DNA of 64,000 nt from Vicugna vicugna (lineage: Eukaryota), in assembly GCA_013265495.1 (NCBI GenBank), contig MU058423.1:7301449-7365448 (forward strand), given 5' to 3'. Shown here piece by piece: positions 51,405 to 64,000 of this stretch. The notes beneath the pieces were generated by a model that ran no database searches, was not told the origin of the DNA, and was given only the letters and a program-made list of their open reading frames with translations. Within the stretch, counting starts at the first letter, position 1. Each line of letters starts with the position of its first letter. Made by a program: the position numbers and the translations under genes.

Positions 51405-53740
51405 ATTTTTAGTGAACTTTTAGAATAGTTTTAGAAGTAAAGAAAAACTACAGAGATTCCCATGTACTTGGAAGTCAGTTTCCTCTATTGTTGGCATCCT
51501 CCATTAGTATGGTACATTTGCCACAGTTAATGACCAATATTGATGTATTATTATTAAAGTCCACACTTCATTCAAATGTCTTTAGTCTTTTCCTCTTAAT
51601 GCCCTTCTTCTAGTCCAGGATCTCATTTAAGATACCACATGAATTTTAGTTGTAACGCCCCTTCGGACTCCACTTGGCTGAGGACGGTTTCTTAGACCTT
51701 CCTTGATTTTGATAACCTTGACAGTTTTAAAGAGGACAGATTGGCTGTCTTTTGGAGTGGCCATCAGCTGAGATTCGTCTGATGCTTTTCCTCCTGGTAA
51801 GACTGGAGTTTTGTGTTTCTGGCAGGAAGACCCCAGAGGTGAAGTGCCATTTTCATCACATCATCTCAAGGTTACATTCTATCAATACGACTTAGTGCTA
51901 CTGATTTTGATTTTGATCGCTTGGCGGAGATAGTGTGTCTCAAGGTTTCTTCACTGTGAAGTCAGTCTTTTCCCACTTTCTGTGTTTTGCTCTTTGGAAG
52001 GAAGTCACAATGTGCAGCCCCCACTTAAGGAGTGGAGAGTTACACTCTACTGCTTTGAGGGCGGAACAGGTACAGGAATTATTTGGAATTCTTCACAGAG
52101 TATTGGTCTATCCTCCTCCATTTATTTGTGGATTCAATTTTTTTATATCAGTATTGAGTCATTGATATTTATTTTACATTTTGGGTTATGTTATTCAATA
52201 TCATTCAATTTATTGCTCAAATTGTTGCAGTTTTGGTCATTGGGAGCCCTCTGCGTGGGCTCTTGGGTCCCTTTTACATACCCCAATCAATGTGCTGTGC
52301 TGTTTGTTTCATTTTGTTTTGATTTGGAGCACTTCCTTACTTTCTTTTCCTAAAAAGAAGCTCCAGGCCTATCTTGTGTATTTGCTGCACCAGGTCCTGG
52401 AAACACCCATTTCTCCACAGAACCCTGGTTCCTCTCATCGGATAATTGTGTCGGAAATCAAGATCTAGGCCCAACTCTGCTTGTTGCTACTGGGGTGTCA
52501 TTGCTTGTAGGTCATCTCAGCTGACGGAATTAGCAAATACATGTGTACGCTAACCCCTGTATAGGCCCACATCTATAAGTATTTCTATATACAAACACCT
52601 GCATCTATATTAGCTAAACAGTAGTTCGTACTAATGTCTCCAACTCTCATTCATCACGATAGAGATCACTGCAGATTTTTCTCCTTGCTTGTCTGCAACC
52701 TTGTATGCCAAACGTGAGAAACCTGGTTCCCACCATCTGCCATCCCTTTACTTACTGGTCAGTTTCCAGTCTACAATTACACCAGTCCTATAATCGTTAA
52801 TCCCAAACGGTCGCTTCACCAACTAGTGCTTATCTACGGTTCCTTTTGCCTTTAGTCTTACAGATCCCAGCAGTTCCCAAAGTTAATTAGGTAAACACAT
52901 TTCCTCTCACCCCCTTCAGTGAAGTGGTTGTATACATTTGTAATAAAGTTAGGTTGTTTTGTCACATTCTACATTCCATCCTGAGATCCACTGACCTAAC
53001 TGATTATTTGTTTTATTTGCATGTTAAGATTCTCTCTGAGTGCTGTACAGTTTCTGTGAGTTTTGGTAAATGCTTAATGTCATGTATCAACAAGTACAGT
53101 ATAGTAATATAGAATTACTTTGCCAAACTAAAGCATTTTCTGTGCTTCCCTTAATCAGCTCTTTGCCTATCCGTGAATTCCCGGCAGATCACTGGTCTTT
53201 TTCACCATTATTCTAGATGTGCTTCTTCCAGAATGTCATATATTTAAAATAATATATCATGTAGCTCCTTCAGACTGCCTTATTTCACTTAGCAGTGTAC
53301 ATTTAAGATTCATGTATGTCCTTTCATGGCTTGATAATTATTTTCTTTTCATTGCTAATTAATATTGCATTGTACAGTTGTACCATAATTGATTTATCCA
53401 TTCAACTCTTGAAGCACACTTCTGGGTTGCTTGAAGTTTTCAGTAATTATAAATGAAGCTGCTATAAATATTCAGGTTTTTGTGTAGATATAACTTTTCA
53501 GATAAATTGAGTAAATACTTAGGAGCATGATTTTTTGGTATGGCTATGCTTAGCTTTGTAGGAGACTATTAATTTACGTTCCAAAATAGTTGTACGTTAT
53601 GCATTCACACTAGCAGTGAATGAGAGTTCCTTTTGCTCCCTCTCCTCACCAACAGTTAATATTGGCAATCAGAAAATGATTATTTTAGCCATTCTTATAC
53701 ATGTGTAGTTGCGTTTCATTGTTGTTTGAATTTATATACA
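51405..53740 (-). mobile_element. L1MC/L1MD-type L1 3'UTR and ORF2 end
   Basis: ttttagaatagttttag...tagtatggtacatttg...agaggtgaagtgccattttcatcacatcat...ttccagaatgtcatat...tttcacttagca...aatgagagttcc. Confidence 0.88.
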
Positions 53741-54439
53741 ACTTTTAACTGAGCCTATTCACAGCCCCCTTTTTTTGTCAGCCAGCAGTTAATTTACCAT
53801 TTTATTACTTTTCCTTATTTTAGCTAGTTTCATTGTTAACCTTTACTTCTTAAGAAGACCAAAGTTTTATCTCCTATTAATGGTTAAAACACAACTGTAC
53901 ATATAAAGCCACATCAGCGACACTGAAGTATATTGAAATCCATTATACATGCAAAGGAAGCAGTTGCAGCAGGATGAGCTGTGCATTATAGATTTATTAC
54001 AAATGAAAATACAAAGAAAGCTCTGAGGTATTAATACATTATATGTTCTACTAAGATTGACTAGTCTCGATTGGATGTCATCCAAATCACAAATTAAGTC
54101 CAAATTTTTGATGCCTCTTTGTGTTCCTTTTGATTAATTTACATCATCGAGGCAGTGTCCAGTGGGAGAAAAATAATGCAAATTGTGGCTGTCTGTTTTG
54201 GCATTATTTGGAAAGAAAATAAATGGAAAAATGAACAAATGATATAAGTAATACTTGGCATTGCTTGCAACAGAGCTTTCAGAAAAGATGCTTTCAGCTG
54301 TTGCCAAACGTATCTGTATGATACGCCTTGAATGAGAAATTTTGCATGAAGCTCAGATGACTTGGCTGTGAACCCTTTATATAGGTATTTCGCACATCTC
54401 TTTGCTTAGTTAATAGAATTATATCATGTGGGAGATTAG

Positions 54440-54570
54440 AACTGATGTAATCTCCTTATTTTACAGATAAGAAAACTGAAGCTCTGAAAGACTTTGCTGC
54501 TCTTTAAAAATCACACAAAGATCTAACAGATACGGAGCGAGAAGCTCAGTCTTTTGACTCTACTCTGTTT
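54440..54570 (-). mobile_element. MIR fragment
   Basis: attttacagataagaaaactgaagctctgaaag. Confidence 0.65.
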
Positions 54571-54869
54571 TTTTCCCCCCTAATGGAAATAATACAAACT
54601 AGTTGGCAAAACAAAGGCAGAATATACAATTTAAAGTAGGGAGAGGGATTGACTCTGGAAGATGGCCCAGGAAATTGGATGCTCAGGGAGATTTATGGTC
54701 TAGACTCAAGGATCTCTGACCTCCATTTGTTTGTTTAATTAATCAACATTTCCGGTTATTTGACCAAGCAAAATTAGTCATAAACACTGGGTTCTCATTT
54801 CAGTTCTGATGGAAATACTGACTGTTCTGCATCTGGTCTAATTTTTTTCCATCTTGGTTTTATCTATTG

Positions 54870-55048
54870 AGAATGCATCACCAGTCATAGCTGCTACCAA
54901 TGATACATCCTTGTGTTAGCTGTTGCTCCGTTCCTGCTTTACTTCACTAACCTGCGTTCTCATCTCTGGGATCACATTCACAAATAAATTACTCACACAT
55001 AAGCCCTTGCCTCAGGCTCTGCTATTAGGGGACACAAGCTAAGGCAAA
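54870..55048 (+). mobile_element. LTR16-family 3' fragment
   Basis: ctgggatcacattcacaaataaattactcacacataagcccttgcctcaggctctgctattaggggacacaagctaaggca. Confidence 0.75.
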
Positions 55049-55059
55049 CAATAAAATAA

Positions 55060-57390
55060 TACTTATACACATATTTTTAAATGCACAATTTTCAGTCCTG
55101 CTATCCAGTAGTAAAACTTGGGTTTTTTTAAACCTCTTTTTTATGACTATCTCCATATTTCTAATAATATTCTTGTAATTTTTTTTCTTTAATTGGTCCA
55201 TTTAACAGAAATAAAAATTTGGTTCACTTGTATGATCAACCCCAATTTCTCTTTCTCATCTTCTTAAAATACCAACTTCACTGCTTTTAGCTAAATCAGA
55301 AATCACTATTCTCAGTTTTAGAATAATGTAAATACTCCAAAATCATATTTCATATTTTCTTTCTTAAAACAGTTGTTTTATCCCTGCATGTTCTACCTGT
55401 TCTATAATTTCACTTCTTCTCTAATGTCCTTCTTTTCCTGAAGATCAACATGGGATTCTCGGGACGCCTGCTGTCATTTGGATGGATGCTTATGTGAAGT
55501 AAAGGCTCTTCTTTACTCTCTCTATTTCAGGGACACTCCCCTCACACCTCATGCTTTGGGAAGCAGGGACTTCACTGGATTCCTAAGGAAGAGTACCTGA
55601 GAAGTAAATTTTTTAATCCTTCCATGTCAAAAATGTGTGTTTAAAACTAAGTTTATCATTATTTCCTATTTTTGTGTAGTTTGGCTGGGTTATAAGATTC
55701 TAGGTTAAAATATTTTCTCTTGGAGTCATAGCTAATATGATATGATACTTGCTAGAGCATTAATATAATATTACTTTTCAGTATACAATCTATATTCAAA
55801 TGTCCCCTAATACTTCAATGTGGGAATTTTTTTTTTTCGGTTGGGGGGAGGTGGGAAGGATCCCAGGTTCCTTGGTTTCTTTTACCCTAGAACAGTTTTC
55901 AGGTTCTTTTCCTTGGAAGATGATTTTTGAAGGCGAACCGTCAGTTGTGTTACAGACTGTCAATTTGTATATGTAACAATTTTTCCATAATTAAATTGAG
56001 ACTAAACAGTTTTGACAGAAGATACTGAATCTCTCTTAATGCATCACAACAGGAAGCACAAGTTGTCAGTTTATCTTATTGGTAAACTTGAGTTTCATTA
56101 TTTAAAGTATATACAAGTATTTCAGATAACCACATATATTGCAAGTAAATATATTTATCAAATAGGTATATATGTATATATATTTTTGTATACATTTCTA
56201 TAAAAGCTTTTTAAAATTTTCTGAGTTTTTTCTATTTTTTAATAGCATCCTGTTCTTGTTATATGATTATTATATCTTCTTACATCTCTCAGTGTGCAAA
56301 CCTTTTTATCTTGTTCTGCTCTACGATGTCTATTTCCTCTGAAACTATTTTTTCTGTTTTTTTATTCTGATGTCTCACCTTGTCTCGCCTATCCTCTCTT
56401 TCTCCTCTCTCCTTTTCTTTTTTTTTGCACTGGAGATTTTTTTCATATGTCCGGGAATCTTTGCTTGTCCATTCAAATTTAAGAGCAAGAGTATATTACC
56501 TAAAAAAAAAACACTTATTGGAAAGTTCTTAAGGATATCTTTATTGGTTTATAAACTTCATTTTAGGATGATTGGGAGAAAATTAGTTAAAATTTATGTA
56601 TAGGAGTAAAGCATTTATTTAAAGGAACTCCCAACATCAGTTTTGGAGTAGAGTTCTTTTCTGTGGTGCTGTCCATTTTCTTGAGAGATGAACCGTTCTA
56701 TTCTTCAGCTTAGCTCTTGGTGTTCATCATCTGAAGCGGAGGAGATGCTTTACTAATCTGTAGGCATTCTTTAAAGTTTTAAAACTTTTAAAAATCTCCT
56801 TTTCTCCACCCTTCCGAATCATCATATCTGCTATGTTCAGTTTTAAGAGTATCCTGTTCAATTCTCCTGGGAATAAATTTCCCATTTCCTGTCTTAGAGG
56901 CATACATGTGGCTGATGTCATTTTTGAGAGCAGAGATGTTCTGGTTTGATGGTTACAATCTTTCAAATTACTCTCCTGTTTTGAGCCCTGTACTTGACAT
57001 ATGCCTTTGTCAACTCATTAAATACTTTTCTCAGCCAAATCAGTTACCAGTTGTCAACCTACTTTGCAAAAAATTTGTGGAAATCTGTAGTCAAATAATG
57101 AACCTTAACCCTTTCGTTTGTACTTAACAACTTTATTACATTTTTTTAGGGTTTTTTTTTTTTTGGTGTGGGGAGGGCAGTAATTAGGTTTATTTATTCT
57201 TTTACTTTTTTTTTTTAGAGGAGGTACTAGGGATTGAACCCAGGACCCTGTGCATGCTAAGCACGCACTCTATTATTTTGAGCTACACCCTTCTCCCGTT
57301 TTTCTTTCCTATAATAATTTTAGTTGGATCCTCAGTATGAGAAAAAAATAAATATAAAATGTAAGCTTCCATCTTCAGCTAGAACTTTCT
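55060..57390 (-). mobile_element. highly decayed L1/HAL1-like fragments with an L1MC insert
   Basis: tagtttggctgggttataagattctaggtt, T-rich strand bias, gcatcacaacaggaagcaca. Confidence 0.45.
57141..57297 (-). mobile_element. tRNA-Ala-derived SINE (Vic-1-like)
   Basis: minus strand gggtgtagctca...agagtgcgtgcttagcatgcacagggtcctgggttcaatccctagtacctcc (A and B boxes), then an aaataaacctaattac tail and polyA. Confidence 0.88.
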
Positions 57391-57679
57391 GCTCTTTTTT
57401 ATTAAACACCAACATAGTACTTTAGTTGTACTAAAGAAGAATATGCATTATTTCAGATCACCATACATGTTGCAAATGATCAAATATCTATTTATCAAAT
57501 ATGCACATATATACATATATATATTTCTCTGATCTTTTTTCGTATTTTCTGATTTTGGGTACTTCAGCTGTGTATAAACATCACAAGTCTGGTAAATTGG
57601 TACTGTGTTGTACCTGTTTTATAGATATGATAACTGAGGATCACTGATATTAGTAGAGAGTCAAATACTGCATACTGAT

Positions 57680-58140
57680 TGTTTTCAGTTTGCTTTTCCC
57701 TACCCCAAGCCTTTCTCTACCTTTTGTACCCTGCTCTGTGCCTCTAGAATATGACTCCTGTGGAATGCATCTCCGTTACCAGTTTCCTTTCATTGCGTTT
57801 CCTCAGTGGAAGCCACTGGTAGGTTAGAGTATCAGAGGAAAGAACGTTTTATGTGTTTTTCCTCTTCCTTCCTGATCGAGACTTTGGAAGGGGCTGCATC
57901 TCTCCATGGCTACAGTTGCTGCCGGTTGGACATTCCTCCAATTCCTCCTTCTCCAGCTCCTCTTCCTCATCTGTTCCAGCTCCCAAGGAAATTAATAGCT
58001 TACTGCTAACACAAGGATGCTTCAACGTCCCTTGCTGTCCTCCTTAACCTTGCCTGTACTCTACACGTAATCTCTTTCCTAACTTCCCTATATTTGAAAC
58101 ATCTGAGTTGAATTTTGTTTAATTGAAGTTTAACTCTTAA
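57680..58140 (+). mobile_element. LTR33-like ERVL LTR
   Basis: accctgctctgtgcctctagaatatgactcctgtggaatgcatc...ccttaaccttgcc. Confidence 0.65.
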
Positions 58141-59344
58141 CAAGGTAGAGTTATGACATATGCTGTGTTCTTTTTTTCTCCAGAATCCATGATACTTATA
58201 CACAGAGCTATATGGCTATACCCTACACTATAGGCTTACAGAGTTCATTAAAGACTGTTATTCATACATCAAGGAATTGAAGATGTGTATTTGGGCACAA
58301 AAATCATAATATATTCAGTAAAAAATGTAGAATGTATCTTCACTGAACATCCTAGGCTCAAATAGCAAAATAATACCAAATAAATATACAAAGCAACTGG
58401 AAACAAAACACCACACTTTGTGCACTGACTAGAGGATATGGAATTAAGTATTGGTAGATGTGCATAATGAGAAGACCTAGAAAGAACAAGGTAGAAATGA
58501 TTTCTCTGCTAAGCCAAAATTTCCATCTTATACCCTCCTGCTCCATCTCCAGTCATGGCTATTTGTGAAGGAACAAAATAGAATGGTTTATGTTGAGAAA
58601 CTGCTGTCCTAATCACATGCAAATTTGGATTTCTCTCTCCTTGTTCACTTCTCTCAAAAATCCCATGAGGAGTTTATATATAGGGCAGGCCATTCTAAAA
58701 CTACTAGTATTTAGAGCAGAGTCACCCCTGCGCCCTCCCCCAGTCAGTCCTCACCCTCCTTAGTACACTTGATATGATCATGTTCTCCATCTGGGTAAAA
58801 CCATAAGGCCTGTTTTTAATAAAGAGACACTATTAAGTTCAGACTAAATTAGTCTCTGTGGAATATTTTATTCTTCAATAGGAGCAAAAAGAAAAGGCAT
58901 CCAATACAGGTGCCAGGCTCAGGCCCTGCCTTCTAAGAGCTCCTAGTTTAATTACAAAATATCCCCGTCATGCATTTTTCTATTTTACTGAAATTATTTC
59001 AGCCTCAACTTGTTTTGCTCTGTTCAGCCCAGAGTATTACAAAAATCTATCGTCATTCTCCCAATCTGCAGCTCTTAATCTTTCTATTTTATTCTCACAC
59101 TGAAAGAGAATTTGCTACGTTAGCAGGCATACTGCAAAGCTTTCAACTTCTGAGCCAGTTCTGACTTACAGGGAATGGCTTATAGTATGCTAACCTGAGC
59201 AGTCTGAGTTTGGGTGGGAAGGTGTGCTAATACTGATTGCCAAAGCCTGTCAGTAGTACCCTGGTGGAGAGTGACACCATTCTAACCGCATGCTTTCCAT
59301 TCTTACCCAAGGGTCTGGTCATGGCGCAGTTCTGCCTTATGGAG

Positions 59345-60020
59345 GTAGGTCAGCATAATGGTAAACAACACAGATTTGGAGCCAGTCTTCATGTTGCTTT
59401 GCAACTGTAAGAGTTCCTGGGCAAGAAATTCAAAACCGGCCCTAGTACGTGGAGGGCAAGGAGAGACCCAAGACAGAGGCAGACCAATCCTGTTCGGCAG
59501 GTGGCAGGTTTAATAAACAAGGGAATTTACACACAAGGCTTGTCTTGGGTGGCACAATACAAGTAGATCTCCATATGCCCATCAAAACCTTAAAAGTTTA
59601 CATAGAGCCCTTAATAGGTTTCAGTCATGGATACCATCCAGATGGCTCAACAGCATCTCACTCTGTCAGGGCTGCATCATTGAAAGAGCTCTGGCTATGA
59701 GAACCACGGGTAGATCGTACATTCTAAGGACAAGGGAGAGGGTAAGGAGCCTCTGACTGCCCAGGTCCAGCTCACATCCACTGGAGGTCACGTCCTCTCA
59801 AGGACTTCCTCCAGTGCTTCCTGAGTCCAAAATCTGGCTCCATCACTTACTAGGTCTGTTGACTTCAGGCCAATTACTCAATATCTCTGCCTCATATTCC
59901 TCATCTTAAAAATGCCAGTAATACTAGTATCAATTTGAGGAGGTTGTTATAAGGATTAAATTAGCTAATATTTATAAAGTGCTTAGAACATAGTAAGTGC
60001 TTCGTAAGTGTTGCTGTTAT
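59345..60020 (+). mobile_element. MIR SINE split by an LTR
   Basis: gcataatggtaaac...ttggagccag | ctggctccatcacttactagg...tctctgcctcatattcctcatc...aaagtgcttagaaca. Confidence 0.8.
59392..59813 (-). mobile_element. ERV solo LTR, family unassigned
   Basis: tgttg...tcca ends, reverse ATTAAA (ggtttaat), interrupts the MIR. Confidence 0.7.
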
Positions 60021-60659
60021 TGCCATTCAGATGGTTGTCTGCAGTTTTCTGTCTTTCTTGTTGAAATTATCAGGAATGACTTGTTTTCCCCCAAAATTCA
60101 TTACTCAGCAGAGCCTTGCTTATTTTCTAAGACTCATCTTCAGCGCTGACTTCCCTGATCAGAGAGTCACAGTCAAACATCTATTCTTTGGGTATTGGGA
60201 AGAGTTTATTTGCAGTTCCATTCAAAGTAGTTATTACATTCTTTTCTGTACTTTTGCAGTATTGCTTATTCAGAGTACTTCCTCCTCCCCTGTCCCTTCA
60301 GTTTCACGATCATGCCTTTTTCTTAACAACAAGAACAACAAAAAATTGTGTTACTTACTACCTTGTCTGTGGCATGACATCATTGCTCATATTTTTTATT
60401 GTTAAGTCATAATCATATCAACATAAAGGCGACAGTCAGGACTATGTTTCAAAGAGATCTGTGTGTCTCTTACAATTTTATGCAAAACTATGTGTGTATA
60501 ATCATACGTGTATTTTTCTGCTCAGAAAGAGCGTATATCCATATGAATCTCAAATGTCATGTGTGCCCAGGTAAAGAATTGCTAATCTTCACACTGATTG
60601 AAATCAAAATGCTGCTGTGCATGGCTTCTGTTCAATATCTCTCTTGTCTTTCCCTCTTA

Positions 60660-60730
60660 ATATACATATATATATATACACACACACATATATATACACA
60701 CACACACAATATATATGTATATATATACAT
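60660..60730. repeat. compound (TA)/(CA) microsatellite
   Basis: read directly from the sequence. Confidence 0.85.
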
Positions 60731-62739
60731 GCCATTTTAATTGAACTGACTTAATTAAACTGATTTTGAAATTAATTCAAAGGAAGAAATGGAACTTCAT
60801 CTTATTAATAAGTTGAGAACAAAGATGAAAGAGACAGACATTTCAAAGAAAATAGAGAAATAAAGAATACTTTGCTTAAGGAATAATTATATTGTGATGG
60901 AGTACTCAGCTAAATCTAAGCTGTGTGTATGACTTAAGAAAATTTGACTTAACTTATGTATCAAACAAAGACCTGAGCATCTACAAGCAGAGATGAATAG
61001 ATACTGTCAAGCAGTCAGAAAGTATGAAATGTTGTTAAGTAAAAGTTTTCAGAAGAGACTAAAAGAAATGGATTACAGTCAAGCAAGCACCAGATACTAC
61101 ATTTAAAATAAATAAATTATTTTGAATTAGATATATATTTACTGGAATAAATACAATACCCAACAGAAAGAAGTTAGTGACCAAAGAATTCGAAGAAGAA
61201 AAAAATGGATAAAAACAAAACGAGGGAGAATAAATGAGGTGAATGCCATTCAACCACAAACGGATGTGCTGAGAACACTGTTCCAAAGCACTGCATCATT
61301 CAATAGTAACAGCCGAAGTCAGAAATTCCCCGTTTCTGTTTTTGCTATATGTAGGCTTTCTGACACAGTGATTTCTTTTGAGATTTCACTTTTCTTCTCT
61401 CATGAAAGTCTGTCAAGCTCCTAGTGACCTATCGAGGGGGAAGGAGCAGGTGAAGGCTCAGCTAGTTGTAGTTAATTGTTTTTTTTTTAGCAGGAAAGTA
61501 GAAAGCCAATATTCCAGACATCGTGCCAAGGATCAGGGATCATTCTCAGACCTTCATACACATTATCTCATGCCACCCTCAAAGGATTTTTCTGAGTTAC
61601 AGTATCTATACCTTTCAGTGGCTACATATTTTGTCTTGATATATAATTTTCATGTAAGTTTTCTCATAAAACAACTCCAAACACTCCAAACCACTGAAGT
61701 ATATACTTGTACACTTTGTAACCCTCCAGTACCTATATACGTACATGTATATAGTTAATTAAACATAGCTTATGGGTAATAGTCTAGCAAAGTACTGTCA
61801 CATATTCTCTATTAAGTACACACATGACAAAAACATATATTAAGAAGAACAAATCTGTACTCTTCCAAACATTCAATTTTAAGAAAAAGATATGAAGCTT
61901 AATAAACCCAGGGAAAAGCCACCAAATACATAAATATCTAATTTCAGGAAGTTTGAATAGAAGTTTTTTTCTGATTTTATAGATGAATAATTTAATATTA
62001 GAAGAGTTTAAATGGCTTTTCCTAGATGCTTCAGCCAGAATTTCAATGTAAGAACAGAATCTATGATTACCTTTTCCTGCAGCTTCTCTATTTTCCTGGT
62101 ATTCTTTCTATTTGGCATATGGGGCATGTTCGGGATGGAGAAGAACTTTAACAAATAGATGTTAACTGATTTACTGAAGGATGCTTTTGGTATTTCTCCT
62201 TCATTGATATTATTTTTCTATTAACAGATATGAGAAAATCTATAATATTATTTGAAAAGAAATGTGTAATAAAGTTTTATTGAAGCACTTGATCAGGTGA
62301 TGGGTTATAAAGCAAGCTTTTGATCTCAGGGTCATATGTTTTGGATTCAGATACACGCTAGAAATTCATTTAGGCTTCAAAAAGTTACCACTTGGTTTAT
62401 TTTTATTGCCCAAGTAATAACATATTTCATATAGAAAATAAGCAGAACATATATATTAATTGATAAAAATTATTTTTGTTCTAACACAAAGAAAACAGAT
62501 ATTTACAAATTGAAATCTAATCAGTGAGATTAAGTCAAGCCTTTGGTTTGGGAACTTTGTTTTTTATCCCAAGTAACATTTTATCCTGTGTCAAAAATGC
62601 ATTTGTATCATACTTTTTAATGCTGTTACACTATTATATTGATCAAGAGGACTGTAATTTGTTTAACTAGTTCTTCTCATTAATTTATGTTGTTTAAAAT
62701 TATTTGTTGTCATAAAAATATTCTGTAATACACATGAAT

Positions 62740-63002
62740 TATAAACATTTCAGCCCCAAATCCATAATGTAAATGTAATCATAAGGCAACATCAGACAGA
62801 CCCAAACTAAAGAATCTATAAAATAACTATAAAATAACTGACCTGAATTCTTCAGAAATGTCAATATAAGCAAAGGTCAGGATAAGTTTAGGAAAGATCC
62901 CATAATTCAGGAAATTAAAGATATATGATAACTAATTCCAATGCATGATTTTAGATTGCATTCTGGAGTGAGAAGAAATAGCTATAAAAGGCATTATTGG
63001 AA
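62740..63002 (+). mobile_element. L1MC4-like fragment
   Basis: taatcataaggcaacatcagacagacccaaact...gctataaaaggcattattgg. Confidence 0.7.
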
Positions 63003-63170
63003 TGTGTATTAGTTCTCCATTGCTACATAACAAATAAGCCCCAAATCTGGCAGCTTAAAAGAGTGAAATGAACATTTATTATCTCACCATTTCTCTGGGT
63101 CAAGAATTTGAGAGGAATTTAGGCTAGGTAGTTACCATTCAAGAGCTCTCATGACCTTGTAGTTGCTACT
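63003..63170 (-). mobile_element. MLT1 LTR fragment
   Basis: tgtattagttctccattgctacataacaaataagccccaaatctggcagcttaaaa...atttattatctcac. Confidence 0.75.
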
Positions 63171-64000
63171 TAGTTGTAATTGTTTCTAGATCTTCTAAGC
63201 AGAGGGATCTAGAATATATGTACGTATACTAACTAAACACATATACCTGTAATTGTTTCTGTATCTATCCATCTATATGTTTACATTAAGCTAAACATGA
63301 GTACATACTGATGTCTAACTCTAATTCAGTTCCAAAATTACTAGGTCAATCTACCCCCTTCAATGCAAATATATTATATATTTATAATGCTGTTGGATTC
63401 ATCTTACACAGTTTGCATGCCATCTTGGCTTCCTTCAACATCCTGGTTGGATTTTGTATTTTAATTTTACATATATTTAAGTTTACTCTGTGTGATGAGC
63501 CTGTTCCATTGGTTTTGACCACCCCAGTATCATACAGAAGAAATCTAGCACCTTAAAATTTCCCCAGTACATTTCTACTGTAGTGAAGCACTCCACCCCT
63601 TGCCAACTCCTTGCAAACTCTGACCTCTTTTCTACTCTTAGAGCTTTGCCTTTTCTGGAATGTCACTTGAATGAAATCATGTAGCCTTTCGAGTCTGGTT
63701 CTTTCACTTAGCAGAATCACTTTGAGATTCATACATGAAGTTTCACAAGTCAATAGCTTTGTTCCTTTGTATCACAGAGTAGTATTCCACTCTATGGATG
63801 GATCACAGTTTATCCATCCCCCCAGCTGGAGAGTATTTGAATTGTTTCCAGGTTTTGGCAATTATAAATAGGTTACTATAAACATTCCTGTACAGGTTTG
63901 TGTGTGAACATAAGTATGCAATTCACTTGAATGAACTCCTAGGAATACTTTTGTTGGGCCATAGGGTAAGTCTATGTTTAATTTATAACAAATTCCCAAT
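63170..64000 (-). mobile_element. L1MD/L1MC-type L1 running off the window end
   Basis: shares blocks with 52500-53560 (ttaagctaaacatgagtacatactgatgtct, ttctttcacttagca, tttatccat, ggcaattataaata). Confidence 0.85.

Noticed and set aside
57141..57297. tRNA-Ala gene
   Set aside because: The tRNA-like head is degenerate and followed by a SINE tail and polyA, with a second copy at 35112.
60031..61758. Cluster of 113-126 aa ORFs
   Set aside because: Composition is typical of AT-rich non-coding DNA, one ORF runs through a microsatellite, and there is no exon structure.

Overview
AT-rich, repeat-dense mammalian non-coding DNA (intergenic or deep intronic), probably from a camelid: two tRNA-Ala-derived SINEs look like Vic-1, and I saw no Alu, Bov, PRE or Can SINEs. 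I found no host protein-coding exon, CRISPR array or intact RNA gene. The ORF track is explained by chance or by decayed transposon genes. Main structures: (1) a deleted, env-less class I ERV provirus with a tRNA-Ile PBS (about 19345-25068, minus strand) that splits a MER21-like LTR and carries two younger solo LTRs; (2) a full-length decayed Tigger1 (45042-47442) and a 488-bp deletion derivative (952-1439); (3) an ERVL internal remnant with an LTR16; (4) a tailless U2 snRNA retropseudogene with a 14-bp TSD; (5) many solo LTRs, L1, L2, MIR and hAT fragments. The most unusual signal is a set of apparent locally templated insertions. One is a 248-bp chimera inside an LTR, made of an inverted copy of 18847-18980 joined by microhomology to a direct copy of 14164-14287. 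Another is a 78-bp copy of 11901-11978 inside a MER5. There is also a chain of overlapping inverted repeats. I cannot support a new gene system here. Repeat family names come from recalled consensus sequences, and boundaries of old elements are approximate.
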